From Candidatus Wirthbacteria bacterium (GTDB lineage Bacteria; Patescibacteriota; CG2-30-54-11), in NCBI GenBank assembly GCA_903889905.1, contig CAISZI010000046.1, positions 64,853-128,852 of the forward strand: a DNA stretch of 64,000 nucleotides. The letters are read 5' to 3'. Under the pieces are notes generated by a model that saw nothing but the letters and a program-made list of their open reading frames with translations, had not been told where the DNA came from and did no database searches. Below are positions 10,005 to 18,763 of the stretch, piece by piece; position 1 is the first letter of the stretch; each line of letters starts with the position of its first letter. The position numbers were made by a program, and so were the translations under genes.

Positions 10005-10174
10005 CAATTTCCCTTTCTTAAATCATTGATTGTGCCGGTTGCTTTTGCGCCGAAACAACCGACCGGAGCCATCTCCAAAACTGTCCCTTCGACCGCCTTA
10101 CATATTACTGAACTCAAGTCATTTGTGCAGGCGTAAAAGCAACCGGCACAATCAATCCCTCTTGTAATCTTCAT
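10004..10174 (-). CDS. Small Cys-rich protein (56 aa) between trpB and trpA
   Basis: MKITRGIDCAGCFYAC...IC...GC...; ATGA overlap with trpB stop and TGATG overlap with trpA start. Confidence 0.55.
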   Translation of the reverse strand: MKITRGIDCAGCFYACTNDLSSVICKAVEGTVLEMAPVGCFGAKATGTINDLRKGN

Positions 10175-11415
10175 AAAGCCGCCCGCTTCAAAAATGCTTT
10201 CCATTTCTCATCCCCCAGCGCCTCGGCCACGATAAAAATGTCCTTATCCCCGCGGCCCGACAGGTTGACCACAATGCTTTGTGATGACGATAGCGTAGGC
10301 GCCAGTTTAATGGCTTCGGCCACCGCGTGCGCGGATTCAAGCGCCGGGATAATGCCTTCGGTTTTGATTAAAGTTTTCAGTGCAGCCAGAACTTCGATGT
10401 CCGTGGCATAATGCATAACCAGTCGTCCACGGCTGTGCATATAGGCAAGCTGCGGGCCAACTCCAGCATAATCCAGTCCTGCCGAGACACTGTGCGTGGG
10501 TTGAATCTGTCCTTCGCTGTCCTGCAAAAACAAAGATTTATAGCCCTCGACCACGCCTGGCCGGCCGGCCCCAAAACGAACCGCGTGCTCACCGACCTTG
10601 GTGACGCCGCGGCCACCGGCTTCCACCCCAATCAAGTGGACAGCGCTGTCGTCCAGAAAAGCATTGAACAAGCCCATGGCATTGCTGCCGCCGCCGACAC
10701 AAGCGACCAGATAGTCCGGTTTGTCGACGCCATACTCCTTGAGCTGCTCCCGTACCTCGAGCCCGACGATACTTTGGAAATCACGGTTCATGGAGGGAAA
10801 CGGATGTGGCCCAAGGCATGAGCCCAGCAGATAATGCGTGTCACGCACTGTGGCAATCCAGTCTTTAATCGCGGCGTTAACGGCGTCTTTGAGTGTGCGT
10901 GATCCAAATTCCACCGACCGCACCTCAGCCCCAAGCTGCTCCATCCAGAACACGTTGGGCCGTTGCCGCGCAATATCCACCTCACCCATAAAGATTGTGC
11001 ATTCAAACCCGAATTTAGCCGCCACCGTGGCTGTCGCTAGACCGTGTTGGCCCGCACCGGTTTCGGCGATCAGACGTTTTTTGCCCATGCGTTTGGCCAA
11101 GAGTGCCTGGCCCAGTGCATGGTTGATTTTGTGCGCACCGGTATGGTTGAGGCCTTCGTTTTTGATAAAAATTCTGGCACCACCCAGCTGTCGGGTTAAA
11201 TTCTCGGCAAAGTAGAGCGGCGTGGGCCGGCCGGAAAAATGCTGAAACAAATCCAACAATTCTCGCTCAAAATTCGCATCCTGTCGTGCCACGTTGTAAG
11301 CGCCATTCAATTCCTGCAACGCGGGATAAAGCATCTCGGGCACATACTGCCCGCCAAACGGTCCAAAGTGCCCGCCTGCATCCGCATCAAATGTCGTGGG
11401 GAAAAAAAGTTTCAT
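10171..11415 (-). CDS. trpB: Tryptophan synthase beta subunit
   Basis: HTGAHKIN (PLP Lys), AETGAGQHG, CVGGGSNA, SAGLDY, IPALESAHA, NLSGRGDKD. Confidence 0.98.
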   Translation of the reverse strand: MKLFFPTTFDADAGGHFGPFGGQYVPEMLYPALQELNGAYNVARQDANFERELLDLFQHFSGRPTPLYFAENLTRQLGGARIFIKNEGLNHTGAHKINHALGQALLAKRMGKKRLIAETGAGQHGLATATVAAKFGFECTIFMGEVDIARQRPNVFWMEQLGAEVRSVEFGSRTLKDAVNAAIKDWIATVRDTHYLLGSCLGPHPFPSMNRDFQSIVGLEVREQLKEYGVDKPDYLVACVGGGSNAMGLFNAFLDDSAVHLIGVEAGGRGVTKVGEHAVRFGAGRPGVVEGYKSLFLQDSEGQIQPTHSVSAGLDYAGVGPQLAYMHSRGRLVMHYATDIEVLAALKTLIKTEGIIPALESAHAVAEAIKLAPTLSSSQSIVVNLSGRGDKDIFIVAEALGDEKWKAFLKRAAL

Positions 11416-11429
11416 CCGGTCTCCTCTAG

Positions 11430-11855
11430 TTAAGTCAAATCCGTACTTGCAACCGACCGATAATCCAGTTGCGCCAAAACGCCTGCCAAAGCATTACCCT
11501 TGCTTACCATGACCACGATCGCCTTGTACAAATCTTTACCACTGGGGAACACCTGCAGGGCATCGTATTGGCCACCTGCCGCTTTGATGGCCTGCAAAAG
11601 TCGGGACAACGCGCCCGGCGAATCGTCAATTTCGACAGCTTCCACCTGATCTAGATGTGCCAGGTGTTTGGCGTCCTGTAAAGCGGTAAGCGCCACGTTG
11701 GGCTGGTCGACCAAAAACCTGATCGCGTCGCCCGCCGTTTGCATTTGGACGGTCATGGCCACACCATTCACGCCCGCTCGGCCGAGAATTCCCGTCACAT
11801 CAATTATCAATTCCGGGTCAGGCGTAATATAAATCGTCACTCGCGACAATGACAT
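11430..11855 (-). CDS. Tandem ACT-domain protein
   Basis: 141 aa with two ACT-like repeats (IRFLVDQP..A..AL; VEIDDSPGALSRLL..I). Confidence 0.7.
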   Translation of the reverse strand: MSLSRVTIYITPDPELIIDVTGILGRAGVNGVAMTVQMQTAGDAIRFLVDQPNVALTALQDAKHLAHLDQVEAVEIDDSPGALSRLLQAIKAAGGQYDALQVFPSGKDLYKAIVVMVSKGNALAGVLAQLDYRSVASTDLT

Positions 11856-11875
11856 TTTTTCTCCTTGATCATGTT

Positions 11876-12520
11876 TTAAACAACCGCTTTGGCTGTCCGA
11901 ATGAACTGTCGAATAAGCTCGTTATCTTTAATCCCGCGACTGCTTTCCACGCCGCTCGAAACATCGACGATGTCCGGATGAATCGTTGCGATCGCCGCTT
12001 GCACATTGCCTGGGTTCAGGCCGCCCGCAAGGATAATGGGTTTGCCATAGCGTTTGATTCCGTGCGCCAAAGTCCAAGCAAACGTTGTGCCAGTGCCGCC
12101 GGTTTTTCCGTCAATTTGTGTGTCCAGATGGATGCCGTCAACTTCGTCAACAAAAGATTTCACGCGCTGCACAAGATCTTCACTCCCCACGCCAAATGAC
12201 TTCCAGACAAGCAGACCAGCAGCACGCAGCAGCCGACAATCTTCAGGACTTTGACGACCCTGAAGTTGAACTCCATCCAGATGAGCGCTCTGAGCAATGG
12301 CCAGAACTTCGGCAGCTTTTTGCTCCACAAAAACACCCATTAACTTGATGTTACTGCGATCCTCCTCCAACGCGTTCACTAGTGGAATCAATGCACACAC
12401 TTCCACTGATCGCGGCGACGATGGCACATTTACCACAAACCCAAGGAACTCTGCCCCCGCCGCTACCGCCGTTTGTGCCGTCACCAAATCCCGGATGCCA
12501 CAAATTTTTACTAGGGTCAT
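11876..12520 (-). CDS. trpF: Phosphoribosylanthranilate isomerase
   Basis: VKICGI, SPRSV, GGTG..F.W, LAGGLNP.NV, VDVSSGVE. Confidence 0.96.
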   Translation of the reverse strand: MTLVKICGIRDLVTAQTAVAAGAEFLGFVVNVPSSPRSVEVCALIPLVNALEEDRSNIKLMGVFVEQKAAEVLAIAQSAHLDGVQLQGRQSPEDCRLLRAAGLLVWKSFGVGSEDLVQRVKSFVDEVDGIHLDTQIDGKTGGTGTTFAWTLAHGIKRYGKPIILAGGLNPGNVQAAIATIHPDIVDVSSGVESSRGIKDNELIRQFIRTAKAVV

Positions 12521-14508
12521 TTCTTTTTCCTTTTACCTGTATCTTTTCCGTCATTCTGAGCGGAGCGAAGAATCCTTACTGCGCGCGGACCAAAAGTCAG
12601 TTGGTCATTGTGGTGTAGATCGCTCGCCAAGCCTCGGGATGACAATTGAGAAGACTTCTCTATCCCCATTAACTCCGCAATCTTCTCCCCCGCATCCCGA
12701 CTTACCATCAAACTCGTCCCCACCAGCACCGCCTTGGCGCCAGCCTTTTGTAAACGCACCACATCCTCCCGGCTTTCCACCGCTGACTCCGCCACCAATA
12801 AACAGTCGCTTGGCACCAATCCGGCCAATTTCTCAACGCTGGCCAAATCCGTTTGCATGGTGCTGAGATCACGCGCATTAATCCCGATTATTTTCGCCCC
12901 AAGTTTGACCGCGCGATCAATTTCTACAGCTGTATGTGTTTCGACCAGCACCTCCATGCTAAGCTGTACGGCCACGGCCATTAATTCCTTCAATGGGTCA
13001 TCTTCCAACATCGCCACGATCAACAAAATAGCATCCGCACCATACAGCCTGGCTTCATAAATCTGATAGGCATCAACCATGAAATCTTTTTGTAAAACCG
13101 GAAGTTGAACCGCCGCCCGCACTGCTTCAAGGTCTGCCAGGCTTCCCCCAAAGTAACGCCCATCCGTCAGAACAGAAATGGCCTCGGCACCGGCTTTGGC
13201 ATAGGTCTGTGCCAGCGCCGTCACGTCAAAAGTCTCCTGCAAGACGCCGCGCGATGGCGACTGCCGCTTGATCTCGGCAATCAGTGCCATCGCACTAGAC
13301 TGGCTCTGCAAGGCAGACAACAGGCTTCGTTTTACCAGCGGCAAATCTTTGACCTTTTCTTTGATCTGCGCCAAAGATACTTGCTGTTTACGAACCTCAA
13401 CTTCGACACGTTTATGAGCAAAAATTTCATTTAACAGATTTTCTCTTACCCCCTTTATAAAGGGGGCAGGGGGATTTTTCAGTTTTCCCGTCTTTATTCT
13501 TTGACTCTTCTCCCTCAACTCTTCCACTTTCTCCATCGCCTTACCACTTCCTATCATCTCCTCAGCCATTTTTACTCCTTCTACCAAACTGCTCACCTTA
13601 CCAGCCACCAACAGCCCCGCCGCTGCATTGGCGAGCACAAAGTCGCGTTTGGGGCCCGTTTCCGTACCATTCAAAATAGACCGCAAGATCGTGGCGTTCA
13701 TTTGTGCGTCACCACCAACAAGTGCATCAAGCGGTGCTTGAACCAGACCAAAATCAGCTGGTGAAACAGAATATGTCGTTACTTTTCCATCCTGCAATGC
13801 ACTCACCTGCGTTACACCATGCACCGCGACCTCATCAAGTCCACTCCCATGCACCACCATCGCTCGTTTGGTGCCAAGCTCCATAAGCACACGCGCTAAC
13901 GGCTCCGTCAGTTCAGGAGAATAGACACCGATCAACTGATATTCCGCCCCAGCCGGGTTGCTTAAGGGCCCCAGCACATTAAAAATCGTGCGCATGCCCA
14001 ATGCTTTCCGTGCTGGCATGACATGTTTGACGCCTGGGTGAAAGGCCGGTGCAAACATAAACCCAATCCCAACCTCCCGCAAACAGTCTTCGACTGCATC
14101 TGGTTTGAGGTCTACGGCAATACCCAACGCTTCCAGCACGTCAGCACTGCCCGAGCGGCTCGAAAGCGCCCGGTTCCCATGCTTGGCAACTTTCACGCCA
14201 GCGGCAGCCAGGATGAAGGCGGCGGTGGTCGAAACATTGAACGTTTGAGCTCCATCGCCACCCGTGCCACAGCAATCCAACACCGGAAAATCAACGTTAA
14301 CTTTTGCCGCATGTTCCCGCATCACCCGCGCCAAGGCAGCAATTTCTGCAATAGTTTCGCCCTTTTGTCTCAGTCCCATCAGCAGCGCCCCGATCTGGGC
14401 ATCGCTGCCTTCACCGTTCATCAGGCTGTGCATCATACCCTCGGCTTCTGCGCGCGACAAATCCTGACCAGCTCCAAGTTTGTGTAAAACCGATGTTATA
14501 TTATCCAT
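12517..14508 (-). CDS. trpD/trpC: Fused anthranilate phosphoribosyltransferase (TrpD) and indole-3-glycerol phosphate synthase (TrpC)
   Basis: N-half GTGGDG, KHGNR..SSRSGSADVLEALG; C-half IAEIKRQSPSRG, ISVLTD..YFGGS, KDF, GADAILLI, GINARDL, AES. Confidence 0.95.
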   Translation of the reverse strand: MDNITSVLHKLGAGQDLSRAEAEGMMHSLMNGEGSDAQIGALLMGLRQKGETIAEIAALARVMREHAAKVNVDFPVLDCCGTGGDGAQTFNVSTTAAFILAAAGVKVAKHGNRALSSRSGSADVLEALGIAVDLKPDAVEDCLREVGIGFMFAPAFHPGVKHVMPARKALGMRTIFNVLGPLSNPAGAEYQLIGVYSPELTEPLARVLMELGTKRAMVVHGSGLDEVAVHGVTQVSALQDGKVTTYSVSPADFGLVQAPLDALVGGDAQMNATILRSILNGTETGPKRDFVLANAAAGLLVAGKVSSLVEGVKMAEEMIGSGKAMEKVEELREKSQRIKTGKLKNPPAPFIKGVRENLLNEIFAHKRVEVEVRKQQVSLAQIKEKVKDLPLVKRSLLSALQSQSSAMALIAEIKRQSPSRGVLQETFDVTALAQTYAKAGAEAISVLTDGRYFGGSLADLEAVRAAVQLPVLQKDFMVDAYQIYEARLYGADAILLIVAMLEDDPLKELMAVAVQLSMEVLVETHTAVEIDRAVKLGAKIIGINARDLSTMQTDLASVEKLAGLVPSDCLLVAESAVESREDVVRLQKAGAKAVLVGTSLMVSRDAGEKIAELMGIEKSSQLSSRGLASDLHHNDQLTFGPRAVRILRSAQNDGKDTGKRKKK
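12550..12643. repeat. Palindromic miniature element (GTCATTCTGAGCGGAGCGAAGAATC...GATGAC type) inside the 3' end of trpD/trpC
   Basis: Imperfect inverted termini GTCATTCTGAG / CTCGGGATGAC; translated in frame as a non-TrpC tail. Confidence 0.65.
13449..13477. repeat. Short palindromic element CCCCCTTTATAAAGGGGG-CAGGGGGATTT in the TrpD-TrpC linker
   Basis: Perfect 18-bp palindrome at 13449-13466, read as NPPAPFIKG. Confidence 0.6.
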
Positions 14509-14509
14509 C

Positions 14510-15094
14510 TCATTTCCCCTTGCACTGCAAAAAATTCGTCACCATCTGTTTGCCCACTTCCGTGCCAATCGATTCGGGATGAAACTGGATGCCTTCGATC
14601 GGGAACTGCCGATGCCGCAGTCCCATGATCAATCCGTCCTCGGTTTCTGCCGAAACCTCCAGTACCCCCGGCAACGACGACCGCTCCACCAGGAGCGAAT
14701 GGTAGCGCATGCCCAAAAAAGGATTTTCAATGCCGGCAAAAATACCCTGGCCGTCGTGACGGATCAAACTCTGTTTGCCGTGCAGAGCAATTGGCGCGCG
14801 CACCACATTGCCCCCAAAAATCGCCCCAATCCCCTGATGCCCGAGGCAAACGCCCAGCAGTGGTATCGTTTTACCCATTGCCAAAATCACTTCGCGGCAC
14901 ACCCCAAAGTAATGCGCATCCCGCGGATCTCCGGGCCCTGGTGAAATCACAATATGCGAAGGCATCAATAGCTGCGCTTCCTCCAGGCTGATCTGGTCGT
15001 TACGAAAAACCACCGGATTCCCACCCAGCTCACCAATGATCTGATAGAGGTTGTAGGTAAACGAATCGTAGTTGTCGATGATAAGCGTTTTCAT
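14510..15094 (-). CDS. trpG: Anthranilate synthase component II (glutamine amidotransferase)
   Basis: IDNYDSFTYN, SPGPG, GVCLGHQ, RYHSL, QFHPES. Confidence 0.96.
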   Translation of the reverse strand: MKTLIIDNYDSFTYNLYQIIGELGGNPVVFRNDQISLEEAQLLMPSHIVISPGPGDPRDAHYFGVCREVILAMGKTIPLLGVCLGHQGIGAIFGGNVVRAPIALHGKQSLIRHDGQGIFAGIENPFLGMRYHSLLVERSSLPGVLEVSAETEDGLIMGLRHRQFPIEGIQFHPESIGTEVGKQMVTNFLQCKGK

Positions 15095-16596
15095 GGTTTG
15101 TCCTTTCTGTCATCGCGAGAAAGAGAACTCACCCTACCCTCTCTTTGGTAAAGAGAGGGTAAATGCATTACCCCCTTCCCTTTACTATAGGCCTTAGTCC
15201 CGTAAGGGGGAAGGGCTGGGGATGAGTTCATCTTTGCCAACTTCAGCGCCGCCTCCATTCCCCTCGCCTTGCGTTCAATTTCCTCCGCTTCCTGCTCTGG
15301 CGTCGAATCCTGCACCACGCCACTACCGACCTGGCTATAGGCTTTATCTCCCACGATAAACAAACTGCGCAGGCCGACCGAAAAAATACATTCCCCATTT
15401 AAACCAAACCCGCCAATTTCCCCGGCATACGGTCCACGCGGTGCTTTTTCCAAAGCGTGGATAATTTTCATGGCTTCAATTTTGGGCGCTCCCGATACCG
15501 TTCCCATGGGCGAAGCTGCACTAACGCAGTCAAACTGATTGAGTTCACTCCGCAACGTTCCCTTGAGTTTGCTTTCCATGTGCTGGACATGTGAAAAACG
15601 TTTGGGCACCATCAGTTCATCCACTTTGACCGACCCGAATTCACACACGCGCCCGAGGTCATTGCGGCCCAGATCGACGAGCATCATATGTTCGGCGCGT
15701 TCCTTGGCATTGGCGCGCATCGCGTCAAACAGAACTTCGTCCTCAGATGGTATCTGCCCACGCAAGGTGGTGCCGGCGAGGGGGAAATTCTCTACCACAA
15801 ACTGCTTCTGCGCATTGCGTCGCACCCTTGAAACCAAGTCCACGCTCGAGGTGATGATTTCTCGCTGGCCGAATTTGATATAAGACAAATAGGGCGATGG
15901 ATTGACCTGCCGCAAGGCATCATAAATGCGGCGTTTGTCACCCTGCAGTTCATAACCATACTGCACGGCCAGCACTACCTGAAAGATATCGCCCGCCGCA
16001 ATATGCTCTTTGGCTGTGTGGATCATTTGCAGGTATTCGTCCTGGGTTGTATTGCTGCCCAGTGCAGTAAAACCAAAAGTTCCAAACGTGGCAGGTGGGC
16101 CTGCGATCAGCGCGTCAACCCGTTTTCGGCGGTCGGCGCCAACCGTGAAGTAGCTGAGTTCGTGAAGCTGTTTGTCATAGACAATTCCATCCAAAAACAG
16201 TCCCAACTCAAACGCCGGGAAGTCTGGATGCTCACCAAACTCAACCGCTGGCTCAAAGTACTCAGTTGCTTCATAACCCAGATAGCCATACAACCCACCG
16301 GCGTAACCACTCCTGGGCAAAAGATGTGTCTGGATTTCCCGCAACGCATCATAAGGGTTGGCGCACTCCATCGATTTACCATCAACGATCAGCTGCCTGC
16401 CGCGCGCACTGACCATCTGCTCAGGCTCAAACATCAGCACCGAATAGCGCGAAAAGTCACTGTACTCGCCCAGGGACTCCAGAAATATCACGTGCTCAAA
16501 CTGGGCATAAGCACGCAAGAAGAGTTCGTAGATATCAATCTCAGACGGAATAACCTGTGCATGAAACTTGAGTGGAGGAATGTGAAAATAAGACAT
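15091..16596 (-). CDS. trpE: Anthranilate synthase component I
   Basis: FLES, GDIFQVVL, NPSPY, PLAGT, KERAEHMMLVDLGRNDLGRV, GTVSGAPK; start placed at ATG 16596 rather than TTG 16665. Confidence 0.93.
   Translation of the reverse strand: MSYFHIPPLKFHAQVIPSEIDIYELFLRAYAQFEHVIFLESLGEYSDFSRYSVLMFEPEQMVSARGRQLIVDGKSMECANPYDALREIQTHLLPRSGYAGGLYGYLGYEATEYFEPAVEFGEHPDFPAFELGLFLDGIVYDKQLHELSYFTVGADRRKRVDALIAGPPATFGTFGFTALGSNTTQDEYLQMIHTAKEHIAAGDIFQVVLAVQYGYELQGDKRRIYDALRQVNPSPYLSYIKFGQREIITSSVDLVSRVRRNAQKQFVVENFPLAGTTLRGQIPSEDEVLFDAMRANAKERAEHMMLVDLGRNDLGRVCEFGSVKVDELMVPKRFSHVQHMESKLKGTLRSELNQFDCVSAASPMGTVSGAPKIEAMKIIHALEKAPRGPYAGEIGGFGLNGECIFSVGLRSLFIVGDKAYSQVGSGVVQDSTPEQEAEEIERKARGMEAALKLAKMNSSPALPPYGTKAYSKGKGVMHLPSLYQREGRVSSLSRDDRKDKP
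15125..15229. repeat. Composite palindromic element inside the 3' end of trpE
   Basis: Inverted termini GAACTCA.CCC / GGGGATGAGTTC with internal hairpins ACCCTCTCTTT-GGT-AAAGAGAGGGT and CCCCCTT...AAGGGGG. Confidence 0.6.
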
Positions 16597-16627
16597 GGCG
16601 TGCCTGGCTAATGAATAAATTGCTGCA

Positions 16628-16672
16628 TTAGCGTCGCCAATAGTGCCTTTTGTTTGTTTTGACAAAAATCAT
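16628..16672 (-). CDS. Putative trp leader peptide MIFVKTNKRHYWRR
   Basis: GGGGAG Shine-Dalgarno upstream of ATG, a Trp codon near the end, located between the T-box terminator and trpE. Confidence 0.55.
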   Translation of the reverse strand: MIFVKTNKRHYWRR

Positions 16673-16698
16673 CGCTGCTCCCCAAAAATTTAGACAAC

Positions 16699-16755
16699 AA
16701 AAAACCTCTCGCCCTGGGTCCACGCAAAATCGTGAATCCAAAGGACGAGAGGTTT
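16699..16755 (-). terminator. Intrinsic terminator of the trp T-box leader
   Basis: AAACCTCTCGTCC...GGGCGAGAGGTTTTTT hairpin with U-tract on the minus strand. Confidence 0.85.
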
Positions 16756-16990
16756 CTCTCATGGTGCCACCTTGCTTTACTGCTTTGCTCGCAAAACAGT
16801 TACTCTTCTCGACAGCGCTCCGCCGATTCGGCGGATGAACTGTCTAGCCTGTGATAACGGAGGCGGCCGTTTCGGCATTTTGCCGAGGTTATCCTTGGTC
16901 CATTCATTTGCGGATTGTGATGAAGCTTTCAGTCCGGGGCTTCACTTCCTGTTTCTAACCCGATGCAAATTACTCTACCAAGGAAAAGAA
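16699..16990 (-). promoter_or_regulatory. T-box riboswitch, Trp specifier (UGG)
   Basis: Minus strand: AGAGUA, GGACUGAAAG apical loop, GAA-UGG-A specifier (16902-16900), CCGUUAUC, AAGGUGGCACC T-box (16773-16763), terminator; upstream of the trp operon. Confidence 0.9.
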
Positions 16991-17030
16991 CAATTCAATT
17001 ATAGATTAGGAATGAGAATCGGTCAATCCA

Positions 17031-17897
17031 TTACATCACCACCAGCACCACGCCTACAATCATCCCCGCAATCCCTACCAACTTCCTCACGCTGAGCTGA
17101 TCCCCATACAAAACCGCCGATCCTATCGCAATCGCCCCGATCGACGCCGCATTCAGGGCGTTGATGTAACCAATATTGGGCGCCAGGTTATAACCCACCT
17201 GCATGAAGTAATTAAACGCTGCCGAGAGCACGCCAATACTGAGTAACACCAGCCACTGGCGTAGTTCAAACTGCTTCCAATCAGTGTTACGTTGATGGTG
17301 CATCTCCCCACCAATGATGACACTGACGATCGTCATCGAGAGCAGCAATCGTGCCAGGACATTGACCCCGATCGTAAGCAGATATTTGGAGCTGAGCGCC
17401 AGCATTCCCCAACAAATAAATGACCCAATCGCCAACCACAACCAACGTGAGTCCGACGCGTCCCTTTTGACTTTGGGTTGCTCGAGCAGCATCACCGCTG
17501 CAAACACAACAATGACGCCAATCCCGATCGCTGCCTGCAGACTCAGCCTGGAGTGAAACAGCCAAATCGCAGCGATAGAAGTCATCAGCACATAACTTTT
17601 GCCGATGATCAGGCTGTAACCCGGATTGGGTGCCAGCTCAATGCTGCGGAGCGACAAGCGGTTACCGAGGTAGCTGCAAAATATCGCCGCGATGATGATC
17701 ACTGCAGCTTGCCAGAGCGACACCTTGAGTACAGCCGGCTGTCCCAGAGCCATGAACCCAAACACCAGGACGGGCACCACAAACATGGCCAGATTGGTCC
17801 AGACCTGACCAACGCCCAGGCGACTGCTGTGACGAACCAGCAAGTACATGGCAACGGATGCAACAAACATGATAGCGGCAGGCAGAATCCAGGACAT
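17031..17897 (-). CDS. EamA/DMT-family transporter
   Basis: 10 TM helices in two repeats (APNPGY / APNIGY). Confidence 0.85.
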   Translation of the reverse strand: MSWILPAAIMFVASVAMYLLVRHSSRLGVGQVWTNLAMFVVPVLVFGFMALGQPAVLKVSLWQAAVIIIAAIFCSYLGNRLSLRSIELAPNPGYSLIIGKSYVLMTSIAAIWLFHSRLSLQAAIGIGVIVVFAAVMLLEQPKVKRDASDSRWLWLAIGSFICWGMLALSSKYLLTIGVNVLARLLLSMTIVSVIIGGEMHHQRNTDWKQFELRQWLVLLSIGVLSAAFNYFMQVGYNLAPNIGYINALNAASIGAIAIGSAVLYGDQLSVRKLVGIAGMIVGVVLVVM

Positions 17898-17959
17898 TTT
17901 TCGCCTATGGTGTAAAAAACAGCTTAATTGTATTGCTTATTTAATAATATTGAAAAGGC

Positions 17960-18538
17960 TTACAATCCTTTGATTTTTCTTCTTACCCAACGATATAAAA
18001 CGTCAACACGACTGCGATGGGGTTGCCAGTCTTCAACTGCCACTGCCATCAAACGTTCCAGTTCACTCACCAATCTCTGCGTATCAGGGAAACTACTCAA
18101 ATCCATTTTTTGTAATTCATGGAGCATTATCTGGTTAGTTAGATCAGATAGCGAATAATGCCTTGTCAGGCACAGATCTAACAAAATACACAATTCGTGT
18201 GAGATGTTTTCCAACGTTTTGGAGCAGCCAGCATTGATTCTTTTTCTAGGCTCTTGTTCAACTAAAACATCAGGAAAAGGTAAAGGCTCATCCAGACTAA
18301 CCATTAGTACTTTCAAAGCTGCCATTAATGCCTGGACATGATTGTCGGCATCTGTGTCCAATCCTAAGCGAACCAAATTAGCGACAACTGCTTCAAACAC
18401 TGACTTGGCAAGCAGAATCAGAAAATCATGATTTTCTTCCCAAGGTCGCCTTTCTCCTCCCCAACCATTTACCCCTGCAGCAATTGGATGCTCTGATTCA
18501 GTCATATATCTCATAATTTTGGAATTAAGCCGGAACAT
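17960..18538 (-). CDS. Hypothetical protein
   Basis: 192-aa ORF in an AT-richer segment; no motif recognised. Confidence 0.55.
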   Translation of the reverse strand: MFRLNSKIMRYMTESEHPIAAGVNGWGGERRPWEENHDFLILLAKSVFEAVVANLVRLGLDTDADNHVQALMAALKVLMVSLDEPLPFPDVLVEQEPRKRINAGCSKTLENISHELCILLDLCLTRHYSLSDLTNQIMLHELQKMDLSSFPDTQRLVSELERLMAVAVEDWQPHRSRVDVLYRWVRRKIKGL

Positions 18539-18763
18539 AATTATAACAAATTACCCACAAAAAAGAACACTCCGATTCTTTGGAAAATCTTTGGTTAAAT
18601 TGTTTTTGAAATACGTTTTGATCACGAAGCCGATTGTTTCTGTCTTCTGCCACGAAGTTTCTGGGTCATCGGGTTAATCTTATCAAACCAGTTACCAAAA
18701 ACCGCCTGGATATGCGCCAGATTAGACGCTGCCTTAAACGGCACCATTAAATATCTTTATATT

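Noticed and set aside
18540-18750. Possible small minus-strand gene remnant
   Set aside because: Short, frameshifted and without a recognisable motif.
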